Shown: in pieces, positions 1-10,875 of the stretch | Position numbering within the stretch: position 1 is the first letter of the stretch | Layout of the letters: the number at the start of each line of letters is the position of its first letter | From: Chiloscyllium plagiosum | Lineage: Eukaryota | Length of the DNA: 40,294 nucleotides | NCBI RefSeq assembly: GCF_004010195.1 | Contig: NC_057718.1 | Span: 6,499,611-6,539,904, forward strand | Reading direction: 5' to 3' | The notes under the pieces: model-generated | Database searches by the model: none | The model's input: only the letters and a program-made list of their open reading frames with translations | What the model was told of the DNA's origin: nothing | Position numbers and translations under genes: made by a program

Positions 1-1150
1 TTTGATAAAGTCCCACATAGGAGGTTAGTGAGCAACATTAGGGCACATGGTATTAGGGGCAAAATACTGACATGGATTGAAAATTGGTTGGCTGACAGGA
101 AACAAAGAAAAAATTAAATGGCTCCCTTTCGGAATGGCAGGCAGTAACCAGTGGGGTATCGCAGGGATCAGTGCTGGGACCGCAGCTTTTTACAATATAC
201 ATTTATGATGTAGATGATGGTATTAAAAGTTATAATTGCAAATTTGCTGATGATACAAAGCTGGGTGGCAGGGTGAAATGTGAGGAGGATGTTAGGAGAT
301 TACAGGGTGACCTAGACAGGCTGGGTGAGTGGTCAGATGCATGACAGATGCAGTTTAATGTGGATAAATGTGTGGTTATCCACTTTGGTGGCAAGAACAG
401 GAAGACAGATTACTACCTAAATGGAGTCAAGTTAGCTAAAGGGGAAATACAATGAGATCTAGGTGTTCTTGTGCATCAGTCAATGAAAGCAAGCATGCAG
501 GTACAGCAGGCAGTGAAGAAAGCTAATAGCATGCTGGCCTTCATAACAAGAGGAATTGAGTATAGAAGCTAAGACGTTCTTCTGCAGCTGTACAGGGCCC
601 TGGTGAGACCACACCTGGAGTACTGTGTGCAGTTCTGGTCTCCAAATTTGACGAAAGACATTCTGGCTATTGAGGGAGTGCAGCGTAGGTTCACGAGGTC
701 AATTCCCGGAATGCGGGACTATCTTATGCTGAAAGATTGGAGCGACTGGGCTTGTGTACTGAGTTTAGAAGGCTGAGAGGGGATCTGATTGAGACGTATA
801 AGATTATTAAAGGATTGGCAGGAAACATGTTTCCGCTGATGGATGAGTCCTGAACCAGAGGACACAGTTTAAAAATAAGGGGTTGGCCATTTAGAACAGA
901 GTTGAGGATAAACTTTTTCACTCAGAGAGTGGTGGGTGTATGGAATGCTCTGCCCCAGAAGGCAGTGGAGGCCAAATCTCTGGATTCATTTAAGAAAGAG
1001 TTGGATCGAGCTCTTAAGGATAGTGGAATCAAGGGTTATGGGGATAAGGCAGGAACAGGATACTGATTGAGGATGATCATAATGAATGGTGGTGCTGGCT
1101 AGAAGGGCAGAATGGCCTACTCCTGCACCTATTGTCTATTGTCTATTGTC
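1..1150 (+). mobile_element. CR1-clade LINE, 3' part (RT core to 3' tail), degenerate
   Basis: Translates to FDKVPHRRL...GSVLGP...KFADDTKLGG...LVRPHLEYCVQFWSP, with stops and frameshifts; ends in a (CTATTGT)n tail at ~1129-1150. Confidence 0.92.
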
Positions 1151-1281
1151 ATAGCACTTAGAACAATACAGAGTAGGAAGAGGCCCTTCGACCCTCCATG
1201 TCTGTGCTGACCATGATGCCATTCTAAACTACTCCCATCTGCCTGCACAATTTCTGATTCCAGTCCCATTCGTTTAAATGG

Positions 1282-1484
1282 CACAACACCAGGTTATAGT
1301 CCAACAGGTTTATTGGGAAGCACACTAGCTTTCGGAATGCTGCTCTTTCATCAAGTAATAGCCTGATAAAGGAGTGGCGCTCCGAAAGCTAGTGTGCTTC
1401 CCAATAAACCTGTTGGACTATAACCTGGTGTTGTGTGATTTTAAATTTTGTACACCCCAGTCCAACACCGGCATCTCCAAATCA
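1282..1484. mobile_element. PLE-derived fold-back element (family B) with degenerate hammerhead cores on both arms
   Basis: Arm CACAACACCAGGTTATAGTCCAACAGGTTTATTGGGAAGCACACTAGCTTTCGGA is followed by its reverse complement. The right arm has an extra tail ending GCATCTCCAAATCA. TTTAAATGG flanks both sides (1273-1281, 1485-1493). Confidence 0.8.
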
Positions 1485-1631
1485 TTTAAATGGTGCACTT
1501 ATTGCATAACACACAATCGCATGAGAATGGAACTATTGGGCTATATCAGAACCGACTGCACAAATTGTTTTTGTCTATATGAAACAATGTTCTGATGCTT
1601 AACTATGGAGTTCCTAGCATGTTTTTGCTTG

Positions 1632-2156
1632 ATTCATTCACAATGGGGAATCATTGAGGGTGTCGCTGATTAGGTCAGCATTTATTGCCTGTAGGGTAGG
1701 TAAGCATCAACCACATTGCTCTGGGTCTGGAGTCACATTTAGCCCAGATCAGATAAGGATGATAGATTTCCTTCCCTGAAGGACATTAGTGAACTAAATG
1801 GGTTTTTCCTGACAATTGACGATGGATTTGTGGTCAAGATTAGAGTGGTGCTGGAAAAGCACAGCAGGTCAGGCAGCATCTGAGAAGCAGGAAAATCGAT
1901 GTTTCGGGCAAAAGACCCTTTATCAGGAATCCTGATGTTATATGACCTGCTGTGCTTTTCCAGAACCACTCTAATCTTCAGTACCCACTTCTGCCCTGAT
2001 GGATTTGTGGTCACCATTAGACTCTTAATTCCAGAATTTTGTTGAATTCAAATTCCACCATCTACCGTGGTGGGATTTGAACCGAAGTTCCCAGAACATT
2101 ACCTGGCTCTTTGGATTAATAGTCCAGTGATAATATCCCAAGGCTATCAGCTCTCC
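1632..2156 (-). mobile_element. tRNA-derived SINE with LINE-derived tail, interrupted by a PLE insert
   Basis: The minus strand has an A/B-box head (GGTTCAAATCCC) and a tail GGCAATAAATGCTGACC...TGAATGAAT; a second copy lies at 3632-3971. Confidence 0.8.
1837..1997. mobile_element. PLE-derived fold-back insert (family A) with 16-bp TSD
   Basis: GATGGATTTGTGGTCA at 1821-1836 and 1998-2013; inverted arms at ~1836-1871 and 1943-1978; degenerate hammerhead on the minus strand at ~1895-1930. Confidence 0.85.
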
Positions 2157-2446
2157 ACAGGTAAAAATGGATTGCACTTCAGGACTGGCTGGTCATCTTC
2201 AGTTGGTTTCCATTGCCTGGATTATTTAATAAATGATTTTCTGTAGCGGAATCACGCCCAGTGGTGGATGTAGCTTTCTGACTGTTGCAAGCACAAGCTG
2301 GGTGGGCAAGCGAATTTGTCGAAACAGGGCCTAACTTTATGGAGGTAGAAGGGAATTGTGGGTATTTTTTTTTAACAAAAAAGAGATAGCCAAACTCTGC
2401 TGCATCCCGAAGGCAAAAACACCCCGGGCCAATAAGAATCTACCTG

Positions 2447-2557
2447 AAGAAAGTGAGGACTGCAGATGCTGGAGATCAGAGTCGAGAGTGTGGTGCTGGA
2501 AAAGCACAGCCGGTCAGGTAGCATCTGAGGATGTGCTTTTCCAGCACCACACTCCCG
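2447..2557. mobile_element. PLE-derived fold-back insert (family A) with 16-bp TSD
   Basis: AATAAGAATCTACCTG at 2431-2446 and 2558-2573; internal inversion GAGTGTGGTGCTGGAAAAGCACA / TGTGCTTTTCCAGCACCACACTC. Confidence 0.88.
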
Positions 2558-2691
2558 AATAAGAATCTACCTGCCTGTTCTGTAAATTAAGATTGACAAG
2601 TAACTGCTGTTTGCTGCATTCGCATAGCTAAACTAATTGGCATTCGATTCTCATTTTGTATCATGTGGTCTGCCTTCTATGTTACCTTCCC

Positions 2692-3191
2692 NNNNNNNNN
2701 NNNNNNNNNNNNNNNNNNNNNNNNNNNNNNNNNNNNNNNNNNNNNNNNNNNNNNNNNNNNNNNNNNNNNNNNNNNNNNNNNNNNNNNNNNNNNNNNNNNN
2801 NNNNNNNNNNNNNNNNNNNNNNNNNNNNNNNNNNNNNNNNNNNNNNNNNNNNNNNNNNNNNNNNNNNNNNNNNNNNNNNNNNNNNNNNNNNNNNNNNNNN
2901 NNNNNNNNNNNNNNNNNNNNNNNNNNNNNNNNNNNNNNNNNNNNNNNNNNNNNNNNNNNNNNNNNNNNNNNNNNNNNNNNNNNNNNNNNNNNNNNNNNNN
3001 NNNNNNNNNNNNNNNNNNNNNNNNNNNNNNNNNNNNNNNNNNNNNNNNNNNNNNNNNNNNNNNNNNNNNNNNNNNNNNNNNNNNNNNNNNNNNNNNNNNN
3101 NNNNNNNNNNNNNNNNNNNNNNNNNNNNNNNNNNNNNNNNNNNNNNNNNNNNNNNNNNNNNNNNNNNNNNNNNNNNNNNNNNNNNNNNNNN
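2692..3191. other. Assembly gap (500 N)
   Basis: Exactly 500 N, a fixed-size scaffolding gap, so the true distance across it is unknown. Confidence 0.99.
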
Positions 3192-3631
3192 CCCTAGTCT
3201 GTGGCAAAATACAAACTAACCGTCCAAAAGCTGTTGTCGATAAGCAACAGCTCTGTGCTCCTTCCACTGGCCTGTCGAACAAAAGTTACAAGTCCATCCT
3301 ACCTTTCTTTAAACAGCTCTGACTTTGGAAAGATCACTGGATGCTTTGTAAACAATAACTACAAAACAACACAGTTTCAGCTCTGACTTTCAAGTTCCAA
3401 AAACTCACACGGTAAACTCTCTGAATCCATGGTATTGTCCAAAACTTCCACTTTCCAGTTTTCATTCCAAAAAAAATCTGTGGGTCTAACAGCAGAGTGT
3501 ATGCTGTATAAACTGCTGGCACATTGATATAGCATGGCATTGTACAGTAACATGTCCACCCCCTGCTGGTAACTACTATAAACTACCTGGCTTTCTGTCC
3601 AAATGGCCAGACAGAACTCTTCTTTAATATC

Positions 3632-3971
3632 CATTTATAGGATACATGTATCACTGACTAGACCAGCATTTATTGCCCAACCCTATTTACCCAGAGGGCA
3701 GTTAAGAGTCAACCGCATCGCTGTGGGTCTGGAGTCACATGTAGGCCTGAGCAGGTAAGGATGGCAGTTTCCTTCCCTGAAGGACATTAGTGATGCAGAT
3801 GGGATTTTCCCGACAATCAACAATCATTATCATTAGATTAATCTTATTGCAGATTTTTCATCTAACACAAATTTCACCATCTGCTGTGCTGACATTTGAA
3901 CCCAGGTCCCCAAAACATTCCGAGTCTCTGGATTAATGTCAAGTGATAAGACCATTAGACTATTGCCTCCC
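3632..3971 (-). mobile_element. tRNA-derived SINE, same family as 1632-2156
   Basis: Shares the GTGGGTCTGGAGTCACATGTAGGCC...TTTCCTTCCCTGAAGGACATTAGTGA core; tRNA-like head at the right end. Confidence 0.8.
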
Positions 3972-3974
3972 ATG

Positions 3975-4200
3975 AAGTTAGAAACACACAACACTAGGCT
4001 ACAGTCAGACAGGTTTATTTGGAAGTATAAGCTTTTGGAGCACTAATCGTCAGGTAGCTAGTCGGGTAGGATTATAGCAAAAGATCAAAGCGTCAGACAC
4101 TGATGCAATATAATGAACAAACCTAGATTGCTCTTAAGTCTTTCATCTGGTTTCGATTAATTAATATACAAATCCCAGAACTTCTTTCAAGCCACATTCC
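3975..4200 (-). mobile_element. PLE family B terminal fragment
   Basis: AGTTAGAAACACACAACACTAGGCTACAGTCAGACAGGTTTATTTGGAAG matches the arm at 9640-9695. Confidence 0.55.
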
Positions 4201-4494
4201 CAGGACATGGCCTCCCATATAGGGAGTACCTGTGAGCTTTTAAGTTACAAATGTTGTAGCAATGCACGAGAAAGGCAAAGCAGGGGATGCTCTGAGATTC
4301 CAGTTACAAACCTAGATTGCTCTTAAGTCTTTCATCTGGTTTCGATTAATTAATATACAAATCCCAGAACTTCTTTCAAGCCACATTCCCAGGACATGGC
4401 CTCCCATGTAGGGAGTACCTGTGAGCTTTTAAGTTACAAATGTTGTAGCAATGCACAAGAAAGGCAAAGCAGGGGATGCTCTGAGATTCCAGTT
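4117..4494. repeat. Tandem duplication, 2 x 189 bp
   Basis: 4117-4305 and 4306-4494 are identical except for 2 substitutions that I can see. Confidence 0.95.
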
Positions 4495-4592
4495 AAGCAT
4501 AAGGTGGGGGTTGGGTGGGGGGAGGGGGGGTGCTAAGAAATCAAACCCAGGATCCTGCAATGATCCATGATGGCCAAGACTGAGGCCTTTCC

Positions 4593-4706
4593 CTGCATTA
4601 CTGCAGACTGGAGACAGGTCCACTGCCTTGCTGCATTACTGCAGACTGGAGACAGGTCCACTGCCTTGCTGCATTACTGCAGACTGGAGACAGATCCACT
4701 GCCTTG
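4593..4706. repeat. Minisatellite, 3 x 38 bp
   Basis: Unit CTGCATTACTGCAGACTGGAGACAGGTCCACTGCCTTG, near-perfect copies. Confidence 0.95.
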
Positions 4707-4985
4707 TAAGCTGTTAGTGAGCTCCAAAGCACAGTGTTGGAGCTTTGAACTGTCTCATAAGTGTACCCGAGTTGTGCCATGATCATGTGGTGAGGTTGGT
4801 GCTTGGCTGATGCCCACACCCATGGGTGGCAGCTCAGGCAGTCACTGCCCATGGAGCATGTGCTGAGATGTTGGGGAATGCCCAGAGGAGAAATCAGCTC
4901 ACCAGGTAATCACGCTGACATTCATAGGTAGGCGATGATGGATTGATTTTTGAACAGTAAAGGAATTAAGGTGAGAGGATGGGTA

Positions 4986-5280
4986 GATTAGATTACCTAC
5001 CTACCTTCGGCCCAACAAGTCCACACCGACCCTCCAAAGAGTAACCCACCCAGACTCATTTCCCTCTGACTAATGCACCTAACACTACGGGCAAATTAGA
5101 ATGGTCAATTCACCTGACCTACACATCTTTGGACTGTGGGAGGAAACCGGAGCAAACACACACAGACACAGGGAGAATGTGCAAACTTCACACAAACAGT
5201 CACCCAAGACTGGAATCGAACCTGGGTCCCTGGCACTAGAAAGATAGCAGTGCTAATCACTGATCCACTGTGCCACCCCA
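4986..5280 (-). mobile_element. HE1-like V-SINE inserted in a CR1 3' tail
   Basis: Minus strand reads GGTGGCACAGTGGATCAGTGATTAGCACTGCT...GGTTCGATTCC, then the V-domain and an (AATCT)n tail. CR1 3'UTR lies on both sides (~4935-4985, 5281-5390). Confidence 0.85.
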
Positions 5281-5393
5281 AATGGTAAGTGGAGCTGAGT
5301 CCATGAAAAGATCAGCCATGATCTTATTGAATAACAGAGCAGGCTCAAGGGGCCAGATGGCCACACCTGCTTCTTTTTCGTATATTCTTGTAT

Positions 5394-5812
5394 AAACATC
5401 CACTCCCTCCACCACCGACGCAGACACTCAGTAACTGCAGTGTGTACTCTCCACATGATGCACTGCAGAAGTTCACACACGATCCTCAGGCAGCACCTTC
5501 CAAACCCACGACCACTTCTTTCCAGAAGGACAAGGGCAGCAGATACATGGAAACATCACGCTCCCCAAGTTCCCCTCCGAGCCACTCACCATCCTGACTT
5601 GGAAATATATCGCCGTTCCTTCGGTGTCGCTGGGTCGCAAACATGGAATTGCCTTTCTCCCTAAGGGCATTGTGGGACAACCTCCAGCGACCAACCATCC
5701 TCAGTGTGGACTGCGGCAGTTCAGGAAGTCAACTGCCCACCATCTTCTCAAGGGCAACTAGGGACGAACATAAATGCTGGCAGATTCATGTCCCACAAAT
5801 GAATTTTAAAAA
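5394..5812 (+). mobile_element. L2/CR1-group LINE 3' end
   Basis: NIHSLHHRR...VCT.HMMHC-type C-terminus, followed by the tail CAAGGGCAACTAGGGACGAACATAAATGCTGGC. Confidence 0.7.
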
Positions 5813-5934
5813 TGTAAAAGATGTTGCAACTCTACATGAAAAACAGATTTCTCCTGATTTTTGACATATGTTTCATACTCAATAAACATCACGAAGAACA
5901 GTTTATTTTTCATTTTCCTCATTTTTCAACATTA

Positions 5935-6120
5935 CGGTAAAGTAAGCATAGTCTAACTATGGGCTGCTTTATCATTTGAGAGAGAGGTAACTGAGTGATG
6001 AGTTCAAGAATCACCACATCTTAGGACAAGTTGAGAATGAGATTCCTTCATTGTAACCACAGTCAATGAGGGAATTAAATCCACTCTACCACTCTGCATC
6101 CTGCTAATTGATCTAACTAA
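5935..6120 (-). mobile_element. Degenerate tRNA-SINE, same family as 37662-38060
   Basis: Reverse complement resembles GTTACCATGAAGG...CTCTCTC...AGCAGCCC...GACTATG...CTTTACC. Confidence 0.5.
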
Positions 6121-6139
6121 CACTTTGCAAAGTACTGAA

Positions 6140-6465
6140 GTGTCATAGAGTTATACAGTATGGAAACAGACCGTTCAGTCCAACTTGTCCATGCCAACCA
6201 GATATTCCAAATTAATTTAGTCCCATTTGCTAGCATTTGACCAATATCCCTATAAAGCCTTCATATTCATGTACCCATCCAGATGCCTTTTAAATGGTGT
6301 AATTGTACCAGTCTCCACCACTTCCTCTTGCAGCTCATTCTAAACATGTACCCACCATTTGAGTGAAAATGTTGCCCCTTAGGTCCTTTCTAAATCTTTC
6401 CCCTCTCACCCTAAACCTATGTCCTCCAGTTCTGGATTCCCCCACACCAGGGAAAAAGATCTTGA
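6140..6465 (-). mobile_element. HER1/CR1 LINE 3' fragment
   Basis: Reverse complement of the tail at 11150-11450. Confidence 0.85.
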
Positions 6466-6522
6466 CAATACTGGAAAAACACTTTGAAAGATCCCACAGT
6501 CATTGAAGCGGCTGTCTAGAAG

Positions 6523-6823
6523 TAGCATAGTGGCATAGTGGTTAGCACTGTTGCCTCACAGCGCCAGAGACCTGGGTTCAATTCCCGCCTCAGGCGACTG
6601 ACTGTGTGGAGTTTGCACGTTCTCCCCGTGTCTGCGTGGGTTTCCTCTGGGTGCTCCGGTTTCCTCCCACAGTCCAAAAATGAGCAGGTCAGGTGAATTG
6701 GCCATGCTAAATTGCCCGTAGTGTTAGGTGTAGGGGAATGGATCTGGGTGGGTTGCGGATCGGTGTGTACTTGTTGGGCCGAAGGGCCTGTTTCCACACT
6801 GTTAGTAATCTAATCTAATCTAA
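6523..6823 (+). mobile_element. HE1-like V-SINE, full length
   Basis: A box TGGCATAGTGG, B box GGTTCAATTCC, V-domain TGTGTGGAGTTTGCACGTTCTCCCCGTG, CR1-derived end and (TAATC)n tail. Confidence 0.9.
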
Positions 6824-7254
6824 GTAATTTGTTTCTTTCTAAGTGATTGTGAGACCTTGCAAGTATATATCTCAAAAGAGATAAGGTGTGTTTCTCTTCC
6901 CCTGCACGTGGATGGTTATTCTCTCTTGAATCATCCCCTATCCTATTCTTTGTCCCAAATAATGTTTCTTGTCTTTGCATAGTGCAGTACACATAAGCAA
7001 GTATTGTGAATGGGTGAGAGAGTCCTGGGGCTATAATTCAGGACATGTCTCCAAATTCCCCAAACCAGTCTAACTGGAAGGTGTACTGAGGCAGCTTCTG
7101 TATGACCAACACATTACCTCCAGGTCCCAGACACTGTCAACATCAAACCTGACTTGAAACTATATTAGTGCTATGTGATTATCACTGCGCCATAACCATA
7201 GCACTGTCTCCCTAACAGCACTGCCTTCACTGCTTGAGTGTAGGTTCAAGGTGA

Positions 7255-7970
7255 GTGGCATCGTGGCTCAATGGTTAGCACTGCTGCCTTCCAGGGACCT
7301 TGGTTCGATTTCAACCTCGGCAACTGTCTGTGTGGAGTTTGCACATCCTCCCTGTGTCTGTGCGGGTTTCTACGAGATGATCAGGTTTCCTCCCACAATC
7401 TGATGATTTGCAGGCTAGGTCAATTAGCTGTGGTAAATTGTCTGTCATGAGCAGGTTAGGGGATTAGCTGTGGTAAATTGTCTGTCGTGTGCAGGTTAGG
7501 GGGATTAGCTATGGTAAATTGTCCATGGTGTGCAGGCTAGGGGGATTAGCTGCGGTAAATTGTCTGTTGTGTGCAGGTTAGGGGGATTAGCTGCAGTATA
7601 TTGTCCATGGTTTGCAGGTTAGCGGGATTAGCTGTGGTAAATTGTTTGCGATGTGCAGGTTAGGGGGAATTAGCTGTGGTAAATTGTCTGTCGTGTGCAG
7701 GTTAGGGGGATTAGCTGTGGTAAATTGTCCGTAGTGTGCAGGTTAGGAGGGTTAGCTGTGGTAAATTGTTTGTGGTGTGCAGGTTAGGGGGATTAGCTGT
7801 GGTAAATTGTTTGTGATATGCAAATTAGGGGGATTAGCTGCAGTAAATTGTCTGTGGTGTGTGGGCAAGATGGTTTAGTTGCAGTCACTGTGGGTGATGG
7901 GGATGGGGTAAGGGGCTGGGTTTGGTTGAGGTGCTCTTCAGACGTTTGGTGCAGACTGTATGGTCTGATT
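7255..7970 (+). mobile_element. V-SINE carrying an internal minisatellite expansion
   Basis: tRNA head and V-domain at 7255-7408, then the array, then SINE 3' sequence resumes after 7860. Confidence 0.8.
7409..7859. repeat. Minisatellite, 11 x ~41 bp
   Basis: Unit TGCAGGTTAGGGGGATTAGCTGTGGTAAATTGTCTGTCGTG; the last ~9 nt vary most between copies. Confidence 0.95.
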
Positions 7971-9602
7971 CTCAGATGGAATCTGGGCTCCACTTCCTCT
8001 GGGACAATTATGGATGAACAACGAATGACCACCTTACCAGTTACACCCACATTTCAATAACAAAGAGCAGTGCACCTTGTCTGTTCACCTAGAAACTTGC
8101 CGACTCTGAATTTGCCAAAACTGTTAAAACAAACTCTAACTATGGCACTGAATTTTGTCCTTATTAGCAATATCTGAGCTGATTTGTGTGACTCTACAAG
8201 TATGTACTTGTGCGGGTGTCAGTTTTCAAATATGTGCTGTGTGCTGCGTTGTGTTATTGAACAGATTCTCCTGCTTTCCCATCTTCAGATCCTTAATGGG
8301 TTTTGAGACCTGCCTGAATCCTACTGATTGTTTGAGACTATGCTGAGCTACTGATATGTTTTCTCTGCTTATTTTTTAATCTGTTTCATGCCAAGTATTT
8401 TTTTCACGTTCTAAATGGACACAGATTTTCCATTAAGAACTGTCAGTGGTAGATGAGTAAAAGACTGCTGGGAAAGGAGCCAGAGCAAGAAGATTCCAGA
8501 TTATGAATTCAGCCAATAGACCAATTAAGACCAAATGTGCTGAGAGGGAAGGAACGAGAAAGCAATAGATGGAGGAGGAAGGAAGAAACCTATAGACAGA
8601 GTGCTGACAGTCTGACAAGGTATTGGGGCTCGCCTTTCGTCCTCATGCAGAGGAAGTTAGTCTAAAGTTTTCTCAACATTTTCCACTGAACATGGTCCTT
8701 TGGGGGAGATTCTCATTGTAGGAATAGCAGTAATGGAACACATTAAAAGATTTGTATGTTCGGTATGTAACACTAATGCTGATTGCATTACATGCTGGGC
8801 TTGCCTTGTTAAAATAAAATGTTGGCTCTAACTGCTTGACAGACTGTGTTTGATCATGACTAGTCAAACGTATATTGTTTATACTTGTTCAAAACCCTAA
8901 AATCTTAATCTCTTTATTGGCCAAGGTGGTGTTGCTAGGTAGTGCATTCTGATTTCAGCTCTGGACCTGGCTTGACATTTAACATGCCTTAACTGCCTTG
9001 AAATAGCTCAACACAGTACGTGTTTACACAGCACTCAATGCAGGAAAAGGTCTCTCTCATAGGAGACCAGTAACGAAAGGACAGATAAGTCTTATCCTAG
9101 TGACATTTCATTTAAGCTTAATATTCTCAAAACTACTCACCAAATGAAACAATTCTGTAAACTCTCCTTTTGTATAAATTAGAGTATATGAATCAGGAGC
9201 AGGACGGGATTCTTTGACCTCACGTCAGTTGAACATAGATTTTCTTTCTGTTCTAACATAGAGGGTCTGGGTACTTGAGGAAAAGGGAGGGAAACGACAT
9301 TGAGGATAATCAGGTCAGTGATGATTGGAGTGAATGGCCAAGCAGTCTCAATGGGCCGAATGGCATACTTCTGCTGTGACAGTACCTTCTCAAAACCAAC
9401 CAAAGGTAAGGGTGCTGGAGATCTGAAACAAAAGCAACAGCTGCTGGAAAACTCAGTGCATCTGGCAGCATCTGTGGAGAGAAAGCAGAGCCAATGTTTA
9501 AGGTCCAGTGACTAATTGACATTTATGTTTTACCAGTTCTGGGAAGAGATAGGGAGACATGGATGCAGCAATAAGCTAAATGTGTTGTTTAACTGCTTGA
9601 AC

Positions 9603-9811
9603 AGATTTGGAGATGCCGGTGTTGGGCTGGGGTGTACAAAGTTAAAAATCACACAACACACCAGGTTATAGTCCAACAGGTTTATTTGGAAGCACTAGCT
9701 TTCAGAGAGCTGCTCCTTCATCACAACCCCCTGATGAAGGAGCAGCACTCCGAAAGCTATGCTTCCAATTAAACCTGTTGGGCTATAACTTGGTGTTGTG
9801 TGATTTTTAAC
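9603..9811. mobile_element. PLE-derived fold-back element (family B)
   Basis: Inverted arms of ~80 bp around 9722-9730; the left arm has a ~35 nt tail. Flanks TTTTAACTGCTTGAACAG and TTTTAACTGTTTAAACAG are similar. Confidence 0.85.
9728..9763 (+). ncRNA. Minimal type I hammerhead ribozyme core
   Basis: CTGATGA-A-GGAG-cagca-CTCC-GAAA-GCTA, with palindromic AGCT stem III. Stem I is degraded in this copy. Confidence 0.65.
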
Positions 9812-10454
9812 TGTTTAAACAGAGATATCTTCTTAGCAGGCAACTGAGCAGCCAGATTAGCAGTGCCTGGGCACAGTCCTCCAGCATTAAACTAAACAGA
9901 CCTTTCAACATAGCAAACACAGATGATGATTCACCTAACTGCTGCCTGTTATAGCCTGGTGCATGAAAACAAGTCTAGTGACCCCCGTGTTATAAATGAG
10001 ATTGCCCTATATGATCACAAGGACACTACCCAAGAATGGAGAGCATCTGGAACTCCCAATCATAAGGCATAGCTTAAACAAATAGTGTTCATGCATTTGA
10101 GGGGAAGCTAGATAACCAGGTGAGAGAGAATGAAATAGAGTGTTGCAATGATAGATTTAAATGAATATTGAGAGGAGGCTCAAGTGCATCATTAAATAAG
10201 CATAGACTGGTTGGGCCAAATGGCTGCTACAGTGCTATACAGTTGATGTACATAATTGGCTGAAAGCACTGTATAAATGCAAGTTATGTCTTAAGTCTGC
10301 ATTAAGCTAAAGACTGTAATCAGTTGTAATTCAATGCTGTGTATATCTACCCAATAAGGCCAAAGTACTGGTAAAATGAAGTTATACAGTAATCCTCCAC
10401 TTTAGTGGGCCAATTCAGCAATGAATGTGCTACAGAGCAATGGAATAATGCAGG

Positions 10455-10875
10455 GCCCCCCTTTAACTTATTTACCTTATGAGCAGAAATTAAATAGGTT
10501 GGGACTCCACTCACTGGAATTTAGCAGAATGAAAGGTGATCTCATTGAAACGTTGATTCTTAAAGGATTTGACAGGGTCAATGCAAGAGAGGATGTTTCC
10601 CCTCATGGGAGAATCTAAGACCAGAGGGCATTGTCTCAGAATAAAGGGGCACCAATTTAAGACTGAGATGAGGAGGAATTTCTTCTCTCAGAGGGTTGTG
10701 AGTCTTTGGAACTCCTTGCCTCAGAGAGACCTGTTGGGTCAGAGTCTTGTGTATATTTAAGGCTGAAATACAGAGATTCTTGATCAGTCGGGGAATCAAG
10801 GGTTATAGGGAAAGGGCAGGAAGGTAGATTGTTGGATCAGCTGTGATCCTATTGAATGGTGGAGCAGGCTCGATG
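10455..10875 (+). mobile_element. CR1 LINE 3' fragment
   Basis: YEQKLNRLGLHSLEFSRMKGDLIE...TRGHCLRIKG...RRNFFSQRVV. Confidence 0.88.

Noticed and set aside
2637..3322. Four long ORFs in the track
   Set aside because: They are artefacts of reading through the 500-N gap.
4117..4494. Retrozyme-like tandem unit
   Set aside because: I found no hammerhead core within the 189-bp unit.
6523..6600. tRNA gene (also the other A/B-box heads)
   Set aside because: Each continues directly into SINE body and tail, and no complete cloverleaf is evident.
7409..7859. CRISPR-like array or interstitial telomere
   Set aside because: The variable parts are ~9-nt mutated versions of each other rather than spacers, there are no cas genes, and the context is eukaryotic. 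TTAGGG occurs singly per unit and derives from the SINE.
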